A DNA stretch of 32,000 bases from an uncultured Candidatus Saccharibacteria bacterium (GCA_964543385.1 CAZIYE010000003.1:1-32000), one strand, 5' to 3'; shown: positions 16,632 through 25,262, counted from the stretch's first letter. The notes: a model not told the origin generated them from the letters alone. Made by a program: numbers and translations.

Positions 16632-17617
16632 TGTTCTGTCTTTCTAACTGCTTCTTCTACTGATTTCGGATATACCGCAAGCTGTACTCTATCAAATGCA
16701 TTAAAGTCATTACCACCCCAAAACCCTCCTGCGTTTCTTATTCTCAAATCTTGTAATTCATCTGCCATTTCATGACTGTGCCACCAAATATTTAAGAATT
16801 CTGGCGCATAGGGCCTTCCATCTGCTTCAATCCACTTTTCTTTTGTTAGTAGGAGGGGATTGTCGATGGATAGAAACTCTGCCAACTCGCCCCATAGCTG
16901 ACCGTCGGCGTTACGTCTCGCAATTAAATCTGTCGCCTTCTTATATCTATTAATAAGAAGCATGACGCCCTGTTCTAGTGTTAGCCCATCAATAAACAAA
17001 TCGTCTTTTTTCATTTCTTGGCACATTGTATCAATAGCAGGCAAAATCTCACTTGCTTTTTTGTGTTCAAGCTCAGGAAAGGCGTTTTTTCCGTCAAATT
17101 CCTTTTTTACCAAGAGTGTATAAAGTTGCTTGGGACAAGTGGCGTTTCGCCCCTCTTCAGTATTCATCAATGACTCATATTCGCTCGGATTACTTGAACT
17201 GTTATTCCACACACCAGCCATACGGTCATTGTCCGGGTTTAAATCCAATCGGATAGCTTCTGAGGCTTTTTGACACAGAGCGATCCGGTCGATTTGGCCA
17301 GGGATGATTAATATTTCCGAGAAACCATGTTTTTTTGACTCCGCATATTCCTCATTCGTTGGTAACAATATATTTCCAGTAAAAATTTCATTCTTGAGGT
17401 TGATTCCAAGATCAAGCCAATCAAAAACTGGACGAGATTGTTCTGTTGCTTTTTTGATTGCTTCGAGACACTCACCGGAACGGTTCCAAATTTCAAAATC
17501 AATCTCCTTAAGTATTCGCTTGGAATCATCAAAATCATGGCTGTATTGTTTTTGAGCCATCTCAGCATTTAATCTATGAATATTCGTGACTTTCTGTGTT
17601 ATTTCTTGGCAGTTCAT
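16628..17617 (-). CDS. Family paralog: N-terminal Cys-module + orphan globular domain type 2 (329 aa)
   Basis: N-terminus MNCQEITQKVTNIHRLNAEMA. The body is homologous to 13555..14412 (see that entry). There are ATGA overlaps at both ends. Confidence 0.7.
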   Translation of the reverse strand: MNCQEITQKVTNIHRLNAEMAQKQYSHDFDDSKRILKEIDFEIWNRSGECLEAIKKATEQSRPVFDWLDLGINLKNEIFTGNILLPTNEEYAESKKHGFSEILIIPGQIDRIALCQKASEAIRLDLNPDNDRMAGVWNNSSSNPSEYESLMNTEEGRNATCPKQLYTLLVKKEFDGKNAFPELEHKKASEILPAIDTMCQEMKKDDLFIDGLTLEQGVMLLINRYKKATDLIARRNADGQLWGELAEFLSIDNPLLLTKEKWIEADGRPYAPEFLNIWWHSHEMADELQDLRIRNAGGFWGGNDFNAFDRVQLAVYPKSVEEAVRKTEQ

Positions 17618-18720
17618 TGTTTTTTCTCACCCCATTTTAAAACTACACCACCCTCATGGGAAGAGTATAAGACACCATTGGCATAGCAAAGATTTCTAAC
17701 AGCTTTGTCAGATTTTTGTAAAATCGTTCTTTCCGGACACCCAGCTGTTGGTTCTGAAATCACAATTGCACCATTATGTATTCCTCGAGCAATTTTACCA
17801 TCTGGCAAAATAATAATTCTTTTAGTTTCCCATGATAAATCTTCTACCAGCAGCGTTGGGCTCTCGGGCTGATTTTTGTTAACCATATAAATTGCTCCAC
17901 CGTCTGCAACAACATACTCGCTGTCTGAGATATTTGAGACTGAGTTAACTTTACTCAATAATGATATTTCATTTGATTGAATTGAGTTTGAGTTTGGATT
18001 ATAAATCATCTGTACGACCCGTCCCAGTCCTCTGTTTGCACAAAAAACAAATTCGCCATCACCAAGCGGAACGATTTCAGCTTCCGGTGTAAGATCTTCG
18101 ATTGTTTGATGAACATCAGGCTCTGGATTTATATTGCCGTCTTCATTAACTTTCCAGGCATAGATACGGTCAGATCTAAGGCTGACCAGCCAGCCGTTAG
18201 CGCAGATGATGCTGCGTTCATCTCCTTCAAGTGGGGAGCTTTCCTGAATAATTTTACTTGATTTTAGGTCAACAACCGCCATATGCTTTGAACCAAATAG
18301 CTCGACCGCAATGAAGTCTTTGCTTAGCTGTGCAATATTATCAGTGAAGTCCTCTGCGTTTTCCAAAATATCAATTTTTATTTTTTCCCGTTTGCCGTTC
18401 CTAGGATTGAGCTGCATCAATAGATCTTTCCATGAGTCCTTTTGCAAAGTTATATTTAGCCAGACTTTATTGTTTATTTTTGTCAGTTGGGCGGCGGTTT
18501 GAACGGGATTGTTATATTCCTTCGCTATATCTATCTTATCCAATATCTCGACTCTCTCCCAATTAACTTGGCGCTCGGGGATACGGTTCTCAACAAAACG
18601 ATCAATTTTCTTGCTTTGGCTAATTGCTTCATCAAAATTGCCATTATTAAAAGCGTTTATAAAATCCTTGAACAGATCATTGGTCTCGGTGATTAATTTT
18701 GTTATTTCCTGGCAGTTCAT
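17614..18720 (-). CDS. Family paralog: N-terminal Cys-module + WD40-like beta-propeller domain (368 aa)
   Basis: N-terminus MNCQEITKLITETNDLFKDFINAF. The body is strand-rich with propeller-like blade ends RIYAWKVNEDGN, GAIYMVNKNQ and GVVLKWGEKKQ, and with WLVSLRSD and FVFCANRGLGR segments. The general pattern resembles 2154..3392. Confidence 0.65.
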   Translation of the reverse strand: MNCQEITKLITETNDLFKDFINAFNNGNFDEAISQSKKIDRFVENRIPERQVNWERVEILDKIDIAKEYNNPVQTAAQLTKINNKVWLNITLQKDSWKDLLMQLNPRNGKREKIKIDILENAEDFTDNIAQLSKDFIAVELFGSKHMAVVDLKSSKIIQESSPLEGDERSIICANGWLVSLRSDRIYAWKVNEDGNINPEPDVHQTIEDLTPEAEIVPLGDGEFVFCANRGLGRVVQMIYNPNSNSIQSNEISLLSKVNSVSNISDSEYVVADGGAIYMVNKNQPESPTLLVEDLSWETKRIIILPDGKIARGIHNGAIVISEPTAGCPERTILQKSDKAVRNLCYANGVLYSSHEGGVVLKWGEKKQ

Positions 18721-19763
18721 TTATTTTTCGCCCCAAATTTAACTCTCCTACCTTTGCAGTCAATATAAAACTCTTTGCCACCTTTCTTAACAGCAGCAAC
18801 GCCATCATAAAATTCTTGCGCATCATCATATGTATCTTGAAAAACTAGCTGACCACTTTTATTAACATAAAACCACCTGCCATCTTTTTTAACCGGCGCC
18901 AACCCTAAGAAAAAATCTTTGATTTCGTCAAATCTTTCGTCGTAAATAGGTTTGCAAGATTTATCAATGTGAAAAGATTCGCCGTTATTTTTAACCCGGG
19001 CGATACCATCAGAAAAGGTATAGGCGTTGTCAAATGTTTCACTGGAAATTGGGGATCCACTGGTGTCAATGTAAAACCACCGATTATTGTTCAAAACCCT
19101 AGCTATCCCATCTGAAAATCTATTAGCTTGATCAAATGTCTTGCCGTTAAACATTGAATGACCTGCTTTATCGATATAAGACCATTTTTTATTCTTCCGA
19201 ACTGGTGCCAAACCATCTCCAAATTCATCAACCCAATCATAGTCACCTTCAAAATAGTGCTTACCGAAGGTGTCGATAAAATGCCACTTTCCTTCTGGAT
19301 TCCATGACTTCCCCTTTTCTTGCTCGATTATGACCCTAGCCATACCATCATTAAAACGGCTCGCTGACTCAAAAACTTCGCTAAAAGCTTGTTCACCATT
19401 CCTGTTGATATGTACAAAATCGCCGTTTCTTTTCGCCAAAGGGATGTCATCACGGTATTCGGCAATATGGTCAGAGGTCTTGCTGGATATCAGATCGCCC
19501 GTCTCATCAATCAAAAACCATGACCCATCCTTTTCCGCCCTAGCCAAACCTTCAGAAAACGATGAGATATAAGTGGCATCAAGCCTTTGGGATAATGCAA
19601 CCCGGCGGGCAATCTCTCGAGAATATGGATCGCATTTTTCAGCCATTTCTTGAATTTCTTTTGTCAACGCCAGAGACTCTGTTATTCTATCCTTGGGCTG
19701 ATCGATAATATCGAGATTATCGGCGATTTTTATAATAAATTTTGTTATTTCCTGGCAGTTCAT
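18717..19763 (-). CDS. Family paralog: N-terminal Cys-module + WG repeat domain (348 aa)
   Basis: N-terminus MNCQEITKFIIKIADNLDII. Repeats are FSEGLARAEKDGSWFLIDETGDLIS, FGDGLAPVRKNKKWSYIDKAGHSMF, FSDGIARVLNNNRWFYIDTSGSPIS, FSDGIARVKNNGESFHIDKSCKPIY, FFLGLAPVKKDGRWFYVNKSGQLVF and FYDGVAAVKKGGKEFYIDCKGRRV. Confidence 0.8.
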   Translation of the reverse strand: MNCQEITKFIIKIADNLDIIDQPKDRITESLALTKEIQEMAEKCDPYSREIARRVALSQRLDATYISSFSEGLARAEKDGSWFLIDETGDLISSKTSDHIAEYRDDIPLAKRNGDFVHINRNGEQAFSEVFESASRFNDGMARVIIEQEKGKSWNPEGKWHFIDTFGKHYFEGDYDWVDEFGDGLAPVRKNKKWSYIDKAGHSMFNGKTFDQANRFSDGIARVLNNNRWFYIDTSGSPISSETFDNAYTFSDGIARVKNNGESFHIDKSCKPIYDERFDEIKDFFLGLAPVKKDGRWFYVNKSGQLVFQDTYDDAQEFYDGVAAVKKGGKEFYIDCKGRRVKFGAKNK

Positions 19764-21112
19764 GAGACCTCCAAATCGATGAGTTTAGTTTTGCCTTCAT
19801 TTTCCGGATCAGGCACACGCATCAAGATTAGACCGTCGCCTGGTTTGCGATTTTTGGAGATTTGGGATCTGACCTCATCTGGCGTTTTTTCTAAATCATT
19901 TATGATTATAACACCGCCGGTGACACCTTCGCCAAGCTCTCCCTTGGGCAGGTCATTGCATATCAACAGACCCTTTTTCATGCCCGATAATTCAGCAGCA
20001 TCTATTATTCTTGGAGTGTTTAGAATTCCTATATTTGCACGCTCACCGTAATTATTAGTATCTTTTGTTTTAAATTCTTGAAGACTACTGCTGTCAAAAA
20101 TGAAATCAATCGCCATTTTTGTTGTATTCGCCCTGTAGTAGTGGTTGACCTCGGGATTGTAATAAATCGTACAATATGAATATTTATTATTGCCAAGATC
20201 TCTTCTACTCTCCAGCCCATCTATATAATCTTTGCTTACCAGTGTAACTGCATCGGAATTGGGTGATGATGGCGAAGTTGCTGACTCTGCGATGATTACA
20301 ACTTTATATGTCGAGCCGCCAGTATCTCCAAAACTTTTAACATCACCAGTGACATAGATTACTCCATCGGGAGCGAACATTCCCAGTTCATTACCACAAT
20401 TACCAAGTTTCAAAACGCCGCCCCGCATATATTCACCGGCATAATCGCCAGCCTCACTTGCCTCGATCTGACCGCCTGACATCAACATGCCCAGCTGATT
20501 GCCAGTCTTGTTGACTGATATCTTGCCTTTCTGAAGCCCAATACCGAAGTAGTTCTCGAGATATGGGGGGAGTTCTTCACATCTTAATTCTGTGTCTGCC
20601 TCCATCGACTGATTGATCGTTTTGGACAGCAAAAGATTGGAATAAAATTTATTGTTGAAGATTTCCTGCATCGATTCAAGATCGTAACCAGTAAATTCTT
20701 CCTGGATAAGCAGCTCATTAATCTGGACTTCTTGTTCTAGAAGCATTTTTTGGATTTTTTTGCTGCCGATTACTCTTTTTATCAATATTTCAAAAACTTT
20801 TTGATTTATGCCATCCGGCAAGTTAATATTTGGGACAAGCTCGTAAATCTTTTCGAAATTATCCTGATCGTTTAGATAGAAATCAGTTCCTTGTTCGACA
20901 ACTATTTCCTTTGCTTGCGCAAATAACGGTTCCCAACTTTTAGGGTCATAAACTTCAGGAATAATGTCACAAAAAGGCGACTCGATAGCCTTGATGATCT
21001 CCTGCTTCTGTTGCAGAGCAGCTTTTGCATCTTTGGCTTCCATAAAACCATTCAGTAGCGATAATTTCTGAGATATTTGGACAATTTCTTTTGTGGCATA
21101 TTCGCAATTCAT
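19760..21112 (-). CDS. Family paralog: N-terminal Cys-module + GXGXG beta-helix domain (450 aa)
   Basis: N-terminus MNCEYATKEIVQISQKLSLL. GXGXG-type repeats are TGNQLGMLMSGGQIEASEAGDYAGEYMRGGVLKLGNCGNELGMFAPDGVIYVTGDV. The tail GDGLILMRVPDPENEGKTKLIDLEVS closely matches the tail of 11133..12500. Confidence 0.75.
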   Translation of the reverse strand: MNCEYATKEIVQISQKLSLLNGFMEAKDAKAALQQKQEIIKAIESPFCDIIPEVYDPKSWEPLFAQAKEIVVEQGTDFYLNDQDNFEKIYELVPNINLPDGINQKVFEILIKRVIGSKKIQKMLLEQEVQINELLIQEEFTGYDLESMQEIFNNKFYSNLLLSKTINQSMEADTELRCEELPPYLENYFGIGLQKGKISVNKTGNQLGMLMSGGQIEASEAGDYAGEYMRGGVLKLGNCGNELGMFAPDGVIYVTGDVKSFGDTGGSTYKVVIIAESATSPSSPNSDAVTLVSKDYIDGLESRRDLGNNKYSYCTIYYNPEVNHYYRANTTKMAIDFIFDSSSLQEFKTKDTNNYGERANIGILNTPRIIDAAELSGMKKGLLICNDLPKGELGEGVTGGVIIINDLEKTPDEVRSQISKNRKPGDGLILMRVPDPENEGKTKLIDLEVS

Positions 21113-22380
21113 TTATTTCCCCCAAATTCAACAGGCTTGCCCCAATGATCTAGATAAATCCATTGATCAGATGATTCGGTCGTTTTGCAACGGATCAAGC
21201 CATCTTTAAAACTAACAGGAATATCGTTAGATTTATCAACACCGAGGAGGCGGATAATTTTACCTTTGTTTCGTAAATATTTTCCACGCTTGTTAATCAA
21301 ATAATATCCCTCTTCGTCTTTTTTCTTGATTACTGCAATCCCTTCGGAAAAGTCAGAAGCTACCTCAAAGTAAGTACAGGAGCTGTATCTCTCTGCTGAC
21401 TCGTCAGTAAGGTTGTAATTTTTTGGACTGATATAATAGCTGCTATTTTTACCGCTGACTCTGGACCAGCCATCGTGAAATTCTGATGGAGTCTTTTCTT
21501 CGTATTCATCCTTCAGTTCAATAGGATGGAATTTTCCAAGCAAGTTGTCAGCCAGATATTTGCGAGGCTTGCCGTCAGACCCGATAAGTTCCCAATATTT
21601 TCTCGAATAAGTCATGCCATAATTTTCAAGCTGGCGTTTTCTGTAAATCCAGGCCAGACCTTCAGAGAAATCTGTTGCCTTTTCGAACTCTGATTGACCG
21701 TTTTCGGTAACCAATGATTCACCTGTTTCGGTGCAAAATCCATAAGTTTGTTCAACTTTGCCAAACCCACCGTTCTTAGTTTGTTGAAAACGAACAATGC
21801 CATCATCAGAAAAATTGGAAAATCTCTTTTTCTGCCCGGCAAATGTTTCCACCGGCTGACCATCCTTATCAATGATCTTTGAGATCATACCATCGGGAAT
21901 TGCAGTCATACCAAGATGAAATCGGTATTGCCTTGGATCATCGTCGGCCGATGTAAGCTTTCTCAAAATCACCGTGCCATCAGTTCTTAAAAATGTAATT
22001 TTTCCTAATCTATTTACGGCTGCAACTCCTTCAGAAAACCGATCGGCCTTACCTGGATCAATTACTAGGATACGACCATCAGTCATATCGGGATCTTTAA
22101 TGAAATTCCCTTCCTAATCGACATAAACATCGCAGACTTTTCGCCTTGCTAGCGCACAGCCGTCATAAAAATCACCAACATAGTCTAGTTCAAGCTTTTT
22201 CGACAGCCCCTGTCGCAGTTTGAGGTTGTATGGATATATGTTTTCAATCTCGACGATTGTATTCTGAATTTCCGAAATCAAAAACTGCGCCTTGTCGATA
22301 TTACCAGGCCGAGGATCAAGCAATATATCCTTTTGGCTAGATATTGACTGAATAAATTTTGTGACTTCTTGGCAATTCAT
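21109..22380 (-). pseudogene. Family paralog (Cys-module + WG repeats) interrupted by a single in-frame TAG; ORF-track pieces 22114..22380 and 21109..22086
   Basis: The 88-aa piece MNCQEVTKFIQSISSQKD...DFYDGCALARRKVCDVYVD ends at a TAG (22114..22116). My translation of the next 27 nt in the same frame gives EGNFIKDPD, followed by MTDGRILVIDPGKADRFSEGVAAV..., the 325-aa WG-repeat ORF. The stop therefore sits inside a WG unit (VYVD*EGNFI). The joined length of ~423 codons matches the intact paralogs (426-453 aa). Confidence 0.7.
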
Positions 22381-22384
22381 AGAT

Positions 22385-23821
22385 CTATTTTACCTCAATT
22401 AGCTTGGTTTTGCTTGAGGTTGCCCGATTATTTTCAGCTGGAACAGGTACACGCATCAAAACAACACCGGTAATCTTGCGATCCATTTTCACTCTTTTTT
22501 GCGCTTCTTCATAAGTTAAGTTTGGTGCTTCCAGAATCACAACACCGCCATCCATTTGGCTACAGAAATCACCATCAGGAATTGCTCGTAAGACCATGAT
22601 GCCATCTTTTAGTCCTTTAGTTGGGTCACCAGAAATATTTGAGAGATCATCGATGACACAGAGGCCACGTTCTTTTTTCTTCCAATTTAGTAATTCATCT
22701 TCACTAGAAATAATTGGCGGATCTTCGTTTTCCAAATAATCGTAATATCCACGATTTTCGTCATAGCCATAAACCGGTTTTGTGAATTTATCCTTAGTCT
22801 TCTCGGCCGGATCGGTAGTATCCTCCCTGGGCTGATTTATCAGGACTGTATAGTCAGGATCAGCAATGAGACGGGGGTGCATTGAACGTGTAAATATGAT
22901 CGCTCCACCAGTTTTATTGTATGGTAAATGATAATAATAATCACCGATTATAAAAATCGCTCTGCCCGAACCGTTGGCCATATCTCCGCCAGTGCTTCCG
23001 GCCGTAAAGACTCCGCCGGAAGCACACCAACCAAATTTCTCACCGGCTCCTCTTGTATAGATACGGCCTCCTCGCATCAACATGCCAGTAACTTCGCCAA
23101 TACTGTCAGCGTGGATCTCACCCCCCGACATTTGCATTGCCGTCATATTACCAATATTTTCTGCTTGAATTTGTCCTCCAGACATATATTTTGCGCAAAA
23201 ATTCCCTATGGATTCAGCCCTAAAAATACCCTTGCCCATATTGAGACCTGTATAATCGCACTTGTTTCGCCCCGAGTAACTGCTTTTCACTTCTACATCT
23301 GAATTTGATTTGATCAAAGTATTTATAACCGCCGCTTTTATTGCGTCGATCAGCTCGTCTGTTTTGCTTTTTCGATCCTTCTCATCTTCAATATTTTCAA
23401 ATAGCTTCCTCAATAAAACCTTATATTCGGAGTCATCTGCCGGATTTCCCAGCTTGTCATAAAACTGATGGATTTCTGATTTGCTGGCTTTTATCGGTAG
23501 CGGGGTAAATAATGCTTGAACCAAAGCATAGTAGGCGGAATTGTCAGTATCAGTTATCTGTTCTTTTATTTGTGGCATCTTCAAAAGCTCAATCAAGGTT
23601 CTGCCGAATTGAGGATCATTTATCCTGTCCTCGACAGCAGAAAGAGAGAAGTTTTCTCGGATAAATTCTTTGACAATGCCCTCTAAATATTCTTTGTCTT
23701 GAAATAAATCCTTGATCTGACCCTTGCCAGGCACAGCCGTCTCCAAATCACGACAAAATTTATCGCCAGTCCTGGCAATATTTGTCATATCTAAAGTAAT
23801 TGCCTCACAAAATGAATTCAC
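22385..23821 (-). CDS. Family paralog: N-terminal Cys-module + helical region + GXGXG beta-helix domain (478 aa)
   Basis: GTG start at 23821 with a GGAGGG SD 5 nt upstream. N-terminus MNSFCEAITLDMTNIARTGDKFCRDL. GXGXG repeats are IGNFCAKYMSGGQIQAENIGNMTAMQMSGGEIHADSIGEVTGMLMRGGRIYTRGAGEKFGWCASGGVF. The C-terminal part NISGDPTKGLKDGIMVLRAIPDGDFCSQMDGGVVILEAP...KITGVVLMRV...KTKLIEVK is close to its neighbour 23847..25262. Confidence 0.75.
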   Translation of the reverse strand: MNSFCEAITLDMTNIARTGDKFCRDLETAVPGKGQIKDLFQDKEYLEGIVKEFIRENFSLSAVEDRINDPQFGRTLIELLKMPQIKEQITDTDNSAYYALVQALFTPLPIKASKSEIHQFYDKLGNPADDSEYKVLLRKLFENIEDEKDRKSKTDELIDAIKAAVINTLIKSNSDVEVKSSYSGRNKCDYTGLNMGKGIFRAESIGNFCAKYMSGGQIQAENIGNMTAMQMSGGEIHADSIGEVTGMLMRGGRIYTRGAGEKFGWCASGGVFTAGSTGGDMANGSGRAIFIIGDYYYHLPYNKTGGAIIFTRSMHPRLIADPDYTVLINQPREDTTDPAEKTKDKFTKPVYGYDENRGYYDYLENEDPPIISSEDELLNWKKKERGLCVIDDLSNISGDPTKGLKDGIMVLRAIPDGDFCSQMDGGVVILEAPNLTYEEAQKRVKMDRKITGVVLMRVPVPAENNRATSSKTKLIEVK

Positions 23822-23846
23822 ACTGTCCCTCCGTATATTTGTATCT

Positions 23847-25262
23847 TTATTTTACCTCAATAAGTTTTGTTTTGCCGTCTATTTCCCCGTCTGTAATTCT
23901 CATAAGAACCACTCCTGTAATTTTTCGATCCATCTTAACAATTTCTTGCGCTTTTTTATAGGTCAGGAATGGCACTTCCAAAATCACAACGCCGCCCTCC
24001 ATTTGAGCGCAGATCTCGCCGTCAGGGATAGCTCGCAAGACCATTATCCCATCTTTGAGTCCTGCTGTCGGATCCCCAGAAATGTTTAAAAGCTCATCGA
24101 TGAGGCAGAGACCGATTTTCTTTTCCTTCCACTCTGCCAGTTCCTGATCGTTTTTGGGAGAAAATATCTCATTGCCATGCAGGTGTTCAATGTATTGCCC
24201 TTTTTCATCGTCATAACCGAAGATTTCCCCCTTCGTTTTTAACTCTTTTATCTGTTCCTTGCCAGAAATATTGAGACGGTTCACCAGTGCTGTGTACTTA
24301 ATATCTGGCTCCAAGATATTGGCCACAGTAGTTTCGTTTGCAATAAAAACGCCCGATCTTTTCATCATCGGCAAGTCAAAAGCATGTCCAATGATAAAAA
24401 TTGAATCGCTCGAGGAATTTCCTGCCGGATGATTAGCATAATCAGCAAAAAACACTCCGCCGCCGGCTATCCAGCCAAATTTTTCTCCGACTGATCTAGC
24501 ATAAATACGACCACCGTCCATCATCATGCCGGCACCATCGCCAATATTTTCACAATGAATTTCGCCGTCTTTCATAAATTGGGCGGCCATATTTCCCACA
24601 GATTCTGCCTCGATCCGGCCACCCTTCATCGCATAGCCACAATGATCGCCGATGCTTGGCATTTTGATCAATCCTCTGGTCATATTAAAGCCAATGTAAT
24701 CGCTCTTTTTTGTAGTTGATCCCTTATCTCCAATCTCAAGACGACCCTGGCTTTCCAGTACTCGATGGATTAGGGCAGTTTTCAAAGAATCAATCAACTT
24801 CTTGATCTTGCTCTCATCACTCTTCCCCTCAACCTCGGGATATGCCAAAGCGACTACCTCCCGCAGCTTTTCATCCCATCTCATTCTCTTATAAAAATCA
24901 TCCAATTCGTCAGCACTGTCGCTCTGAAGTAAGATTGGATATCTGGCAAAGACAAATTTGACCAAACTGTAAAGATTGACTTCATCTTTCTCAATATTTC
25001 GGATCACTTCTTCCTCCTTGAGCAGTTCGCCAAAGAGCCGCCAGTTGTCCGGATTTTCGATTCTCTCCAGATAGCCATTGACTGAAAACTTATTTTTCAT
25101 ATATTCCGCCAAGTGCTCTTGAAAGAATTTTTGCATTTCCATGAGCTCAGCGACCTTGCCCTCGCCGGGCTTGGCAGCTCGTAAATCATCACAAAAATAC
25201 TGACCGGCTTCTGCGATCGTAAGTAAATCATTTGTCAGTTCTTCACACAAAGAATCAAACAC
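23847..25262 (-). CDS. Family paralog: N-terminal Cys-module + helical region + GXGXG beta-helix domain (471 aa)
   Basis: GTG start at 25262 preceded by GGAGGG. N-terminus MFDSLCEELTNDLLTIAEAGQYFCDDL. GXGXG repeats are IGDHCGYAMKGGRIEAESVGNMAAQFMKDGEIHCENIGDGAGMMMDGGRIYARSVGEKFGWIAGGGVF. Tail KITGVVLMRITDGEIDGKTKLIEVK. It is a tandem duplicate of 22385..23821. Confidence 0.75.
   Translation of the reverse strand: MFDSLCEELTNDLLTIAEAGQYFCDDLRAAKPGEGKVAELMEMQKFFQEHLAEYMKNKFSVNGYLERIENPDNWRLFGELLKEEEVIRNIEKDEVNLYSLVKFVFARYPILLQSDSADELDDFYKRMRWDEKLREVVALAYPEVEGKSDESKIKKLIDSLKTALIHRVLESQGRLEIGDKGSTTKKSDYIGFNMTRGLIKMPSIGDHCGYAMKGGRIEAESVGNMAAQFMKDGEIHCENIGDGAGMMMDGGRIYARSVGEKFGWIAGGGVFFADYANHPAGNSSSDSIFIIGHAFDLPMMKRSGVFIANETTVANILEPDIKYTALVNRLNISGKEQIKELKTKGEIFGYDDEKGQYIEHLHGNEIFSPKNDQELAEWKEKKIGLCLIDELLNISGDPTAGLKDGIMVLRAIPDGEICAQMEGGVVILEVPFLTYKKAQEIVKMDRKITGVVLMRITDGEIDGKTKLIEVK

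Noticed and set aside
22114-22116. Possibility that TAG is reassigned as a sense codon (alternative genetic code)
   Set aside because: TAG terminates other genes in the window (11133..11135 and 2154..2156) at positions that coincide with paralog C-termini (...KTKLIDLE*). All long ORFs are intact under the standard code.
12478-22380. Periodic recurrence of a ~24-nt conserved sequence (ttcttggcaRttcat on the plus strand), which could suggest a CRISPR-like or intergenic repeat array
   Set aside because: The copies are 0.9-2.2 kb apart and lie at the 5' ends of long coherent ORFs, where they encode MNCQEIT. There are no short uniform spacers, so this is paralog start conservation and not a CRISPR or REP array.
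3040-24089. Numerous plus-strand ORFs of 60-133 aa from the ORF track (for example 3040..3378, 7462..7842, 8280..8582, 8957..9244, 9198..9590, 11719..11970, 15780..16139, 19650..20051, 22928..23302, 23724..24089)
   Set aside because: All lie antisense inside long minus-strand genes that have recognisable motifs and SD sites. Their translations are low-complexity or Ser/Leu/Phe-rich shadow frames, with no RBS or motif support.
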